From Chiloscyllium plagiosum (Eukaryota): a stretch of DNA of 36,012 nt. The translations under genes were made by a program, and so were the position numbers. Of this stretch, positions 25,301 through 36,012 are shown one piece after another (positions within the stretch are counted from its first letter, which is position 1; each line of letters opens with the position of its first letter). The stretch is from contig NC_057759.1 of assembly GCF_004010195.1 (NCBI RefSeq), forward strand, positions 7,554,211 to 7,590,222. The letters run 5' to 3'. The notes below the pieces were generated by a model that was not told where the DNA came from, searched no databases, and saw only the letters and a list, made by a program, of their open reading frames with translations.

Positions 25301-25996
25301 TGGTAGTATCTATTGTCTCTTTCTGTCTCACATATTGTTTCCCTTACAGTCTTATCCTACGAGCGTAATGACTGACCACTTCGTTACAGGGAACAATCTA
25401 GGCTTTCTCTTACTCCATCTTCGACATTCTTAACATGCCTCCAAGTGGAGGAGTTACGTATTTTTTGGATATTACCTTTTTTTGTATTTCAATGGATATG
25501 GTAATCATTGATGACTGTCAGAAATTGGGAACCAGTTAAGATGTCAGTTTTCCTTTCAGTTATGTATGCTTGGTGCTTATAATACAGGTCGACAATTTCA
25601 ATAGCAACAAGACTTGTGCAAATGCAGGCAGATCTCTAATATGTGTAAACAGAAAGTAGGATATAAACTCAGAACCCATAAAAACAATTAATGAGGCGCC
25701 AAACTACTCCATTATAAATGCACTGGTTTCTTACATAATATGAATGTAAACCAAACCTGACAACAGTTATCCTGGCGTGATGAGAAATTGCCAGTTATCT
25801 CTGGCTAAGAATATTTCGACATGGTGATTGACAAGACATGTGTTTTTTTTTAATTTCCATGAGGACATATGCAAATGCTTATCAGTGCAAAGCAACGGGT
25901 ACATACGAGTTCAGGGGGCCGAAACATCATCTTTTTTCAGGGATGAATGGGAATGTTTCTTCATAGGTTCTGGGAAGAACAAAGTTGTCTGCCATC

Positions 25997-27090
25997 TTAG
26001 AGTCATACAGCACGGAAACAGACTCTTCAGATCAATTCGGCAATGCCAACCAGGTTTTGTGAACTGAATTCGTCTCATTTGCCTGTGCTTGGTCCATATC
26101 CCTCTAAGCAACCTTGAATGCGAGGTGGGTTACTTCGCAACAAATATCCTGACATCATGATAACTCCCAACTATCATTAGTGGAGAGCATTTAGACAGGT
26201 GATTGACAGGACATTTCCTCTTCATGTACGTGTATAATTTTATTTCTTGTCGAGGTCATAACTGTGCCAGTGTATGCCACTTCTCTGGCAACTCATTCCA
26301 TGCCCACACCACCCTCTATGGAAAACGTCGTTCCTCTAGACCCTTTCAAAACTATCCTCTCTCATCTTAAACCTGTGCCCTCTAGTTTTAGACCTCCTGG
26401 CCCTTGCAAAAAGGCGTTGGCTATTCACCTTATCTATGCCACTCATGATTTGGTACACCTTATAAACTTCAGCCTCCGGCAATCCAGACTAAATCATTCC
26501 AGCCTTTCCTTAAAAGTCAACACCCAACTCCACCCCACCCCACCCCCACCATCCAGGTCCTGGCAACATCTGTCTAAATTCTTTTCTCTCTATACGCTTT
26601 TTTGTTGAAACAATTCCTTCCTATAACAGGAAGATTATAAGGCAGCATACTATAATTGCAACATGACATCCCAACTCATTTACTCAATGCACTTATCAAA
26701 TAAGATACGCATGCCAAATGCCTTTTTCACTATGGTGTCTACTTGCTAAACTGCTTTCAGTGAAATATGAACATGCACACCTCGGTCACCCTATCCTACA
26801 ACACTGCTCTGGATGCTGCCATGAGCTATCCAAGTCCTGCTCATATTTGTCCGCCCAAAATGGAGCACCTCAAATTTGTCTAAATTAAATTGCATGGTAT
26901 AAGTAACCAACAAACGCAGACCGAGACCTGATACTTGTGGCATACCACTGGTAATAGACCTCCACCGAATAACAACATTCCACAAATACCCTCTACATTC
27001 TACTGTCCAGCCAATTTTACAGTCAATGGCTATCTCTCCCTCTACCCCATGTGATCTAATCTGACTGACCAATCTACCGAATACCAACGA
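25997..27090 (-). mobile_element. Degraded CR1-type LINE 3' part
   Basis: SGMPQVSGLG, MQFNLDKFEVLHFG; 3' tail near 26000. Confidence 0.8.
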
Positions 27091-28387
27091 AACCTGTGAA
27101 GGCTATAATAAAGGATTGGAAGACATCTGGGACATAGGAGTGTGTCACCCACAATCTTTTCTTATGGAGAAGACTTTCAGGACCAGTGAAACATTGACAT
27201 CTGTAATGGATTGCATATGTGCTTTCATTATCTTAATTAACTGATACACAATATATGCACTTAGTCTTTTCAGTAACCTTCCAGAAAATTGATTCTCATT
27301 GTCCATTGTATATATGAGGTGACTATAATTAGGAATCCGCTAACATTAACTTCGGGTTAGCACTTATTCAAGCCTGAAATATTTTGTTTAAAAGGGAGCA
27401 GCAAATATGTTTCTGTTTTCCCATGGAATATCAAAAGAAAATTCATAAAGTGTGAACACACAGGTTAAGAAATTTGTTAAGATTTCTTTCAACTTACCGC
27501 ACTCCCTGCCTCGCCGTCGCCCCATATCCCAGACCAAAATGGTTCCGAGAGCATGAAACTTATCAGCCATCATTTGCTGTCATTTTGGCTCCGAATTCAA
27601 TGTAGTCGCAACAGTCTGCTAATGCACTTGGAATCAGCACAAGGCGCTAAGACATGCAAAGGGCATTGGCCAACTCCATTTCGTCAGCTCTGAGATCCTC
27701 TGAAGGGTTACAAGCAAAGGTCCTCTCTGTTCATATGGATTTTTAAAATTATTATTTCTGAGTTGCAATTGTTGGCTCTAATGGAAACGTGATGAGTGAA
27801 AATGGTGGCATCATTTCAATTTATTTCTCGCTATGTCTTAAAAGCACAACTTCGAAATAGTTTAGCAATTCGGTAACCAAAACTTTTTTCTGGAATTTAG
27901 CGAAAATCACATGCCATCTTGCATCTTTTTATGCAATCATGAAAGAAATTATGATAGAATGACCATTAAAAGAATTTCACGAAATTCAAACAACCCTATT
28001 TGTCTCTAATTAATTGGCCAAAATAATAATTTATGTTAAATCTTCACATGCCATACATGGAGGAATGGCAAACCTCTCGAGAATGAAGGAGGAAGTAAGA
28101 TATTGTGGAAACTTAATGGAAAACGTTGCTTTTCTGAAATCTATGCCTGTTGACAACTCATTTGTCCATTTTAATTCCCGCAGTCCTTTGTTACGTGTTA
28201 GTACAACAGATAAAAATTGATATTAGGGTTTTAGTTCATGCATTAAACTTTCTGATTTTTGTGGGATTTCTGTAAAATATACAACTTACAATCTTCTGTT
28301 GTAAACTGAGGCCCAGAAAACATCATGCACTCAGATTGCACAGATTTCGAATTATCAAGTCATTCAAACTGCCAGTATACGTCATAA

Positions 28388-28483
28388 GGGAGAGAGAGAG
28401 ACAGACAGACAGAAAGGAAGTAGTGGAGGAGAAGAAGGAAGAGAAAAACAGAGAGACAGAGAAAGAGAGAGCAAGAGACAGAC
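28388..28483. repeat. GA/GACA-rich polypurine low-complexity tract
   Basis: gagagagagacagacagacagaaaggaag...gagagagcaagagacagac. Confidence 0.8.
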
Positions 28484-28555
28484 AATTCCTTCACAACTCT
28501 TTTCTGAAACCTTCTGGGACAGTTAATTGGACTGGGATTTATTCATCATTGGAGG

Positions 28556-28640
28556 ATGGAGAAACAATTGCTCTTGATTTTTGTTGCATTGATGCTGGCA
28601 CAGCCTGTCACTACAAAGACCTGGGTCGGTGGAGTTTTCG
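28556..28640 (+). CDS. defb: Beta-defensin-like gene, coding exon 1 (signal peptide plus short N-terminal extension)
   Basis: ATG in strong Kozak context (AGGATGG: A at -3, G at +4). Reads MEKQLLLIFVALMLAQPVTTKTWVGGVF+G: charged N-terminus, hydrophobic core LLLIFVALMLA, plausible cleavage near VTT|K. Ends at phase-1 donor TCG|gtagag, matching exon 2; a weaker phase-1 alternative lies at 28628|gtggag. Symbol is family-level only. Confidence 0.75.
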
Positions 28641-28859
28641 GTAGAGTATTTTTATGAAATATTACCATGTCGCTGAAAAATATGATTTAAAACTGAACTT
28701 CCCTGTTTATCAATCACCACTTGAGTGTTCAGCTATTATGGATGCAATCAGATTTATGTTTTATTATTTTATGGGACGTTGGCTTGATTGGCTGCCTGTA
28801 TATACCCTTGAATTGAAAGGGTAGTTGGCACATTGCAGATTGCATTTAAGACGTATCCA

Positions 28860-28962
28860 TATCCGGGCTTCACTTGGAGGTCGCCACTGATGATGTTACC
28901 TAGCCAGGTAATGAAACGTCAGGATATCAAACCTACAGCTCAGCGAGCAAAGCTACACCCTA
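28860..28962 (+). mobile_element. Penelope-like element terminal-repeat fragment with minimal hammerhead ribozyme motif (28884-28923), inside the defensin intron
   Basis: CTGATGA (28887-28893), T, stem GTTACCT/AGGTAAT, GAAA (28913-28916), CGTC; downstream agctcagcgagc. Same motif as the 3' end of the GIY-YIG Penelope relic at 24835-25300. Confidence 0.7.
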
Positions 28963-29905
28963 AACGTGTCCATGTTTCTGTTCGTCTTAAATAACAACTG
29001 AGTGATAATACCGCGCATGAAGTGGACTTCTTACAGTAGGATATCAGACAGGGTTCATCTTTCCATTCACTTGGCAACCTTCTTAATGATGATCGGTTGG
29101 GTTCAATGTGTTAGGTTTCTGTGAACAGGAAGAGGCTTGAATACTCAAATGGAAAGCTGATGAATTCTCGGTATTTGAGTAACTATTATTTAGGATTTGA
29201 GGGAACAATCCTTTATTTGATGCCGAATATCAGGATATAACTGACTCTAAGAAATGCATTCCTTCTTCACAGAGCAGAGCATGTCCGTTGGCATTATTTG
29301 AGGAGGTGGGTGCAATTCGACTCCCTTCGGCTAAAAACATTCTTTCAAGCGTTGTCATAAGAACATTTGTATTCTGTTAATTCGAATATGCTTCCTGGAT
29401 CTTTCTTTGATCATTGTGTTCATTCGGTTACCTATAAAGCAGCGCCAGTACCTCCAAACGACATTTAAAATAAAGAAGTATGTACAAACATAAACAAACA
29501 AACAAAAAAAAACCAACAAACTGATACATAAGTAAGTAGTATCTGGTATTCTCCTTTTACGGAAGCAACATTTCTCTTTCATTTGCCTCTGAACTCAGAT
29601 GTAAGAGGAAAATGTTGTCTCGCCGTCAGGACAAAGACCGTTTTATCACTTACGCTAAGGGAAGACACTTGAGTTGACATTAAGAAAATGCAACAATCGC
29701 AACGTGCTGTTTGGGGTCAGTTTGAGCGACGTGGCGAAATCACCTTGCTGGTTTGTAACTTGCTCTCTTTCTCTCTTTCTCCAGAACTAGGTTTCAGAAT
29801 TGAAAATATGCGAGCCACTATGAGTGCAGCACCTCCTCTCTGAAAGAAATAGTTCTGTACTGACAATCTAAGATGAATGAACAGTAAAATTATTCTCCTT
29901 TCCAG

Positions 29906-30042
29906 GATACGTTGCCTGGTGCAGCTGGAGCACAACAAAGTGTCGTCGGAATGCTTGTGAGAAAGATGAGTCGCATTTTGCTCAACGCTGTCCATATGGA
30001 ATGATCTGCTGCAGGAAGATAGAGGAAAAGGTTCTCCGTTGA
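29906..30042 (+). CDS. defb: Beta-defensin-like gene, coding exon 2 (six-cysteine mature domain)
   Basis: Strong acceptor (attattctcctttccag|GA). Phase-1 reading (G)YVAWCSWSTTKCRRNACEKDESHFAQRCPYGMICCRKIEEKVLR* gives C-x6-C-x4-C-x10-C-x5-CC, the conserved C3-xxx-E, and basic residues after CC. TGA at 30040-30042. Symbol is family-level only. Confidence 0.88.
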
Positions 30043-30289
30043 CTCCGATGATAGAAGTCAGCATGGCGTAGCTCCAAGTTGCTTCTGGAATGCAGGATTC
30101 CCTTGACTGAAAACGTGACATAAAACCTGGCTATGTATTCTTCTTATTTGACATTGATCTGCACTTACATATAAAATTGAATGATTAATATAATTATCGT
30201 GTTTTCTTTATGATGCTAATGTTCATGCTTGAAACCAAAATGAGTCCAACAAAAAAGGGGAGGCGATTTGTATGAAATGGAATAGCAAA

Positions 30290-30295
30290 AATAAA
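30290..30295 (+). promoter_or_regulatory. Candidate polyadenylation signal of the defensin-like gene
   Basis: AATAAA about 250 bp after the stop codon; the context is AT-rich, so it is not diagnostic. Confidence 0.35.
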
Positions 30296-30464
30296 GAATA
30301 ATCTAATCCAAATGCACTCGGAGGCATTTACATTTCTAACGCAATTGGCACTGATTGCCGTTCAGACTGGTAATTCTGTGTTGCAATGTAATTCTGGGAA
30401 TCGCAATGTTTGGAAAGTTGGAAAAATGAATGATATACTTTTCATCAGACAAGTTAGATTCTGA

Positions 30465-30700
30465 AAGAAAGGAAAACGAAATTGCTGGTGAGCAACTTCT
30501 GGCAAGTCTGGCAGCATCTGTGAAGAGAAAACGGCGTTAATGTATCTAATACAATTAACTTTCTTCAGAACACGTCTTCTCAAAAAAAGATCACCAGTTT
30601 CGAAATGGTTTCTCGAAATTGTCTCAACTGATGTTATCAGCCCATCAGATTTGTTTTCTATCTACTACAGCCTTTTTGGATCAGATTTCGAAAGTCGACC
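30465..30700. mobile_element. Degenerate palindromic Penelope-derived element
   Basis: gaaattgctgg...ctggcagcatctgtgaagag with a decayed inverted partner. Confidence 0.5.
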
Positions 30701-30724
30701 GTTTATTGCTCAGTTGAATTGAGA

Positions 30725-31420
30725 TTCTGATACAGAGTCATCGAGTCCGACAGCTCGGAGACAGGCCCTTTCGCCCTAAATTTGTCCATGGCTAGCAAAA
30801 TGTCAATCCACGCGAACTCCATTTCCCTGCACTTATGGAAAATAAAGAGCATAAGGGCATGTAAAGGATTAAAGCATAAATACCACTGTTGGAATGTTCC
30901 AAGATTTTTACAAGTAGCCTACACCATTGTGGCAGGTTGAGATAACAAATAGCTATCAGTAAATATATCCGGGGCTAGAGACCATTGTGGCAGGGAGTGC
31001 ATTCACCCTATCTGTGACTGTCATGATCTCATATACTTCTATATGATTCCCCCTCAGTCTCCTGCTCTCCAAAAAAAAACGTCCGAGCTGATAAACCTCT
31101 CCCTATAATTCTGACTGTTGCGTCCTGGCAACGGACGTGTAATTTTCTTCTGCACTCCTTCCTGGTTAATAATATACTTCCTATAGCACGGTGATCAATA
31201 CAGAACACAATACACTCCCAAAATCCTGTACAACTACAACATAACTGCCAAACTTCTATACTCAGTGCCCTGACTGATGAAGGCCAGTGTGTCAAAAGCC
31301 CTGTCTACCTTGGAATCCACTTTCAGAGAAGCGAGCAATTCAACTCCCAGGTCTCTGTTCCCATACACTCCTTAAAGTCTGACCATGACCGTGATTTCTC
31401 TTTCTAATATCAAAGACCTC
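30725..31420 (-). mobile_element. Fragmented CR1-type LINE 3' end
   Basis: 3' tail at about 30730-30835; ORF2 C-terminal relic at 31030-31410. Confidence 0.65.
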
Positions 31421-31424
31421 ACAT

Positions 31425-33610
31425 TTAGAGTCGTAGAGTCATAGAGATGATACAGCACAGAAACAGGCCATTCGATCCAACTCATCAGTGCTGACCAGAT
31501 ATCGCAAAGCAATCTAGTCGCACCTGCCAGCACCGGGCCCATATGCCTCGAAACCGTTCCTATTTCTATACCCATCCAGATGCCTTTTAAATGTTGCAAT
31601 TTTACTAGCCTCTACCACTGCCTCTGGCAGTTCATCCCATACGTGTACCACCTACTGCATGAAAAATTTGCCCCTTAGGTCCCTTTTATATCTTTCCCCT
31701 CTCACACTAAACTGACGTCCTCTAGTACTGGACACCGCCATCGCAGGGAAAATACTTTGTTTCTTTATCCTACCCATATCCATCATGATTTTATAACTGC
31801 TGTAAGGTCACCTCATACCCTCCGATGCTCCAGCGAAACAGCCCTACACTATTCAACCTCTCCTTATAGCTCAAAACCTCCAACCTGACAGCATCCTTGT
31901 AGATCTTTTCTGAAACATTTTAGGTTTCACAACATCTTTCCGATAGGAAGGAGACGTGAATTGCACTCAATATTCCAACAGTGGCCTAACTAATATCCTG
32001 TACAGCCACAACATGACCTCCCAACTCCTGTGCTCAGTACTCTGACCAGCAAAGGAAAGCTTATCCATCGCCTTTTCACTATTCTATCTACCTGACTCCA
32101 CTTTCAACCCGCTATAAACTTGCACTTCAAGGTATCTTTGTTGAGCAATAAGCCATAAGACCTTAACGTTAAGTGTACTCGGTCCTGTTAAGATTTGCTT
32201 TCCCAAAATGAAGCACCTCACATTTATCGAAATTAAACTCCATCTACCACTTCTCAACCTATTGGCCCATCTGACCAAAAACCGTTGTAATCTGAGGCAA
32301 CTTTCGCTGCCCATGACACCTCTAATTTTAGTGTCATCAGCAAACTTACTAATTATACCTCTTATGCTGACACCCAAATCACATATATCAATGATGAAAC
32401 GTAGTGGACCCAGCAGAGATCCTTGTGGCACTCCACTGGGCACAGGCCTTCAGTCTGAAAAACAACCCTCCACCACCAACATCTGTCTTCTACCTTTGAG
32501 CCAGTTCTGTATCCAAGTGGCGAGTTCTCCTTGTATTCCATGAGACCTGACCTTGCTCACCAGTCTCCTATGTGGAATCGTGTCGAACGCCTTACTGAAA
32601 TCCACATAGATCACAACTAACGCTCTTCCCATCATCAATCCTCTTTGTTACTTCTTCAAATAAAACTCAATCAAGTTTGTGAGACATGATTTCCCACGCA
32701 TAAAACCATGTTGGCTATCCCTAATCAGTCCTTGCCTTTCCAAATATATATACATCTTGTTCCCGCCAACAACTTGCCCACCACTGACGTCAGGCTTACT
32801 GGTCTATAGTTCCCTGGCTTGTCCTTACCACCCTTCTTAAACAGTGGCACCACGTTAGCCAACCTTCAGTCTTCCAGCACCTCCCCCGTGACTATCTATG
32901 ATACAAATATCTCCGTAAGAGGCCCAGCAATCACTTCCCCAGCTTCCCACAGCGTTCCAGGGTACACCTGATCAGGTCCTGGGATTTCTCCACCTTTATA
33001 CGTGTCAAGACAGCCAGGACTTCCTCCTGTCTATTATGAACATTTTTCAAGATGTCACTATCTATTTCCCTACAGTCTCTATCTTCCATGTACGTTTCCA
33101 CAGTAAATGCTGATGCAAATACTCTTTTAGTATCTGCCCCATCTTCTGCAGCTCCACACAAAGGCTGTCTTGCTGATTTTTGAGGGACCTATTCTCTCCC
33201 CAGTTACTCTTTTGCTCTTGATATATTTGTAAAAACCTTTTGCATTCACCTTAACTCTATTTGCCAAAGCTACCTCATGTTCCCCCTTTTTCCCTCCTGA
33301 TTTGTCTCTTAAGTATATTCATATTGCCTTTACTCTTCTGAGGATTGACTCGATCTATCCTGTCTATACTTGACATGTGCTTCTTTTTTTGTTAATCAAA
33401 CCCTCAATTCCTTTAGTCATACACCATTCCAGGTATTTCTTTCACCCTAACAGGAATATACTTGTTCTGGACTCTCGTTATCTCATTTCTGAAGGCTTGC
33501 CATTTTCCAGCCGCCCTTTACCTGCGAACATCTGCGCCCAATCAGCTTTTGAAAGTTGTTGCTTAATACCGTGAAAATTGGCCATACTCCAATTTGGAAT
33601 TCCAACTTTT
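31425..33610 (-). mobile_element. CR1-type LINE, 5'-truncated RT
   Basis: VIYVDFSKAFDTIPH, SGVPQGSLLGP, SKFADDTK; tandem gagtcgta/gagtcata tail at about 31427. Confidence 0.93.
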
Positions 33611-33949
33611 ATTTATCGATATTAAACTCAATTTGTCATTTTTCGCTGCATTCCTCATCTGGTTGAGGTCCTGCTGCAAATTCTGGTAATTCTGATAACT
33701 ATATGCTTCACAGTTGAGGCACTTTCTCTTTCGAGTCATCATGGCTCAGCTAGACTCATGACTGGTGTCAAATACTTTCATTTTTCACCTTATTGACCGG
33801 CACGAACTTGATTACTGAGACTTTCAAATGTTTGTGTCCTTTACACTAAAGTGCTTGGAACTTAGAATATTATTGTTATTACAAAAAAAAAGATTCAATA
33901 TTTGGGAAAGAACAGACGGAGGGATAAAACTACACAGCTAACAGAAGAG

Positions 33950-34380
33950 AACAATAGTTTTATTCAAGCATGTATATTTACCAAAGCAAACAGTGAAACG
34001 TTTAATAAGTTGCCATACCACGGGACCCAAACGAGTATTAGAAGTCATAATAAAGAAGGAAAGAAAGAGTAAAAGTTAGGGCTAGTTCAATTTACAGCTC
34101 TTGCATTCAGTCGTGCTGGAAATGTTGGCCGAAACTGCAAGGCAGGGGCTGGCACAGATTGCTCTGCCCGGTCTAGGCATCCACTCTGGGCCGTTGGAAG
34201 ACCCGAAAGCTACCTCCAAAGCAAGAACAAGGCATCCAAAACAAGATTAGAGAACTGTGCAGGGACTAGATGTTCATTACAGGCTGCTGGAATATCCAGA
34301 AGCAGTTGATAAAGGTCTCCAGAATGGGACGAGACGTACACACTGGGACAAGAATGTTTTATCTGGCCAGGCCGCCCTTT
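33950..34380 (-). mobile_element. Probable non-autonomous retroposon with LINE-like 3' tail
   Basis: Minus strand ends ...tttcactgt...atacatgcttgaataaa after a GC-richer body; recognised by resemblance only. Confidence 0.35.
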
Positions 34381-34882
34381 ATTTACGAGACAGCGACACT
34401 GCAACATCGCCTTGCCAGGCGCCAAGCCTATACCACCACTTCAGGTCATTGGGATCCATCTCGTCACTGGGAATGACCTGGGAAAAGATGCTATTCAGGT
34501 GTTAAAAGAAGGCATGGTACCATAATAAGTATAAACAGTAAAACAACAAAGAAAAATGTTCGGTAAACGAGATGTAATACAATTTAATGATTTTGTTAGA
34601 TGGGTAGGAATTATTTCACGAATTTGAAAAAGACTTCAACAAAAGTATTAGACTAAAGTGGAGCTGGGAAGATTTGTTGTGAAGTGGAACATTTTCTCAC
34701 AGACATCGTTTGGAGTAGAACATTTGCCATCGTTAATTATACTGACAATAAACTTCCCTTCATAAAGATCCAAAGAGGCAATTATATCAAGTCAGTCATC
34801 GTTAGTTGTAGAAGCATTTTTTTTTTGTCCCAGCAGTAATACGTTTCTGGAAAATAGGGCTGAGATAGCTCCTTGGATCAAT

Positions 34883-36012
34883 TAGAACATAGAACATAGA
34901 AGACTACAACGCAGTACAGGCCCTTTGGCCCTCGATGTTGCGCCGATCCAAGCCCACCTAACCTACACTAGCCCACTATCCTCCATATGCCTATCCAATG
35001 CCCGCTTAAATGCCCGTAAAGAGGGAGAGTCCACCACTGCTACTGCAGGGCATTCCATGAACTCACGACTCTCTGAGTAAAGAACCTATCCCTAACATCT
35101 GTCCTATACCTACCACCCCTTAATTTAAAGCTATGCCCCCTCATAATAGCTGACTCCATACGTGGAAAAAGGTTCTCACGGTCAACCCTATCTAAACTCA
35201 TCTTGTACACCTCTATCAAGTCACCCCTAAACCTTCTTTTCTCCAATGAAAACAATCCCAAGTGCCTCAGCCTTTCCTCATACGATCTTCCTACCATACC
35301 AGGCAACATCCTGGTAAACCTCCTCTGCACCCGTTCCAGTGCCTCCACATCCTTCCTATAGTATGGCGGCCAAATTGCACACAATACTCCAGATGCGGTC
35401 GCACCAGAGTCTTATACAACTGGAACATGACCTCAGGACTCCGGAACTCAATTCCTCTACCAATAAAAGCCAGTACGCCATATGCCTTCTTCACAGCACT
35501 ATTTACCTGGGTGGCAACTTTCAGAGATCTGTGTACATGGACATCAAGATCCCTCTCTCATCCACACTACCAAGTATCCGACCATTAGCCCAGTACCCCA
35601 TCTTTTTGTTACTCTCACCAAAGTGAATCACCTCACACTTACATACATTGAACTCCATTTGCCACCTTTCTGCCCAGTTCTGCAGATTATCTATATCCCG
35701 CTGTAACCTGCCGCATCCTTCCTCACTGTCCAACTTTCGTATCATCCACAAACTTGCTCACCCAACCTTCTAGCCCCTCCTCCAGGTCATTTATAAAAAT
35801 GACAAACAGCAATGGTCCCAAAACAGATCCTTGCGGAACACCGCTAGTAACGGCACTCCAAGATGAACCCTTACCATCAACTACTACCCTCTGTCTTCTT
35901 CCAGCCAGCCAACTCCTAATCCAAACCTCCAACTAACCCTCAATGCCATACCTCCGTATTATTTGCAGTAGCCTACCATGGGGAACCTTATCAAAAGCCT
36001 TACTAAAATCCA
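34883..36012 (-). mobile_element. Relatively young CR1/HER1-type LINE (RT and 3' end; continues past the window)
   Basis: [61 protein letters not shown]; (tagaaca)n tail at 34883. Confidence 0.95.

Noticed and set aside
25828..26067. ORF with CXC-chemokine-like spacing (CKC-x25-C-x11-C)
   Set aside because: No signal exon link, weak acceptor in the wrong phase, no internal intron, C3-C4 spacing too short, and the 3' part is a CR1 tail.
29717..30121. 134-aa minus-strand ORF
   Set aside because: No recognisable motif; it is the antisense shadow of the defensin exon 2.
34330..34480. Minus-strand acceptor and RRCCSVAVS* followed by AATAAA
   Set aside because: In-frame stops upstream and no other Cys in frame; adjoins a probable repeat.
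1..36012. CRISPR arrays, rRNA or prokaryotic operon-like systems
   Set aside because: No regularly spaced repeats or gene-dense coding; the sequence is vertebrate-type repeat-rich DNA.

Overview
This is a repeat-dense eukaryotic window with two assembly gaps (5475-5805 and 15690-16189). Its repeats (CR1/HER1-type LINEs with esterase ORF1, an HE1-type V-SINE, palindromic Penelope-derived elements, Gypsy LTR/gag relics) point to a cartilaginous fish, probably a shark (inference). Most of the sequence is decayed transposon, and a ~6.06 kb tandem duplication spans 5275 to at least 15689. The main result is a small two-exon + strand gene that the ORF track misses (28556-28640 joined to 29906-30042, phase-1 GT-AG intron). 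It encodes an intact 73-aa secreted beta-defensin-like peptide: MEKQLLLIFVALMLAQPVTTKTWVGGVFGYVAWCSWSTTKCRRNACEKDESHFAQRCPYGMICCRKIEEKVLR, with spacing C-x6-C-x4-C-x10-C-x5-CC. The peptide has an unusual aromatic N-terminal extension, and its intron carries a sense-strand Penelope-type minimal hammerhead ribozyme motif. Repeat boundaries were read by eye and are approximate.
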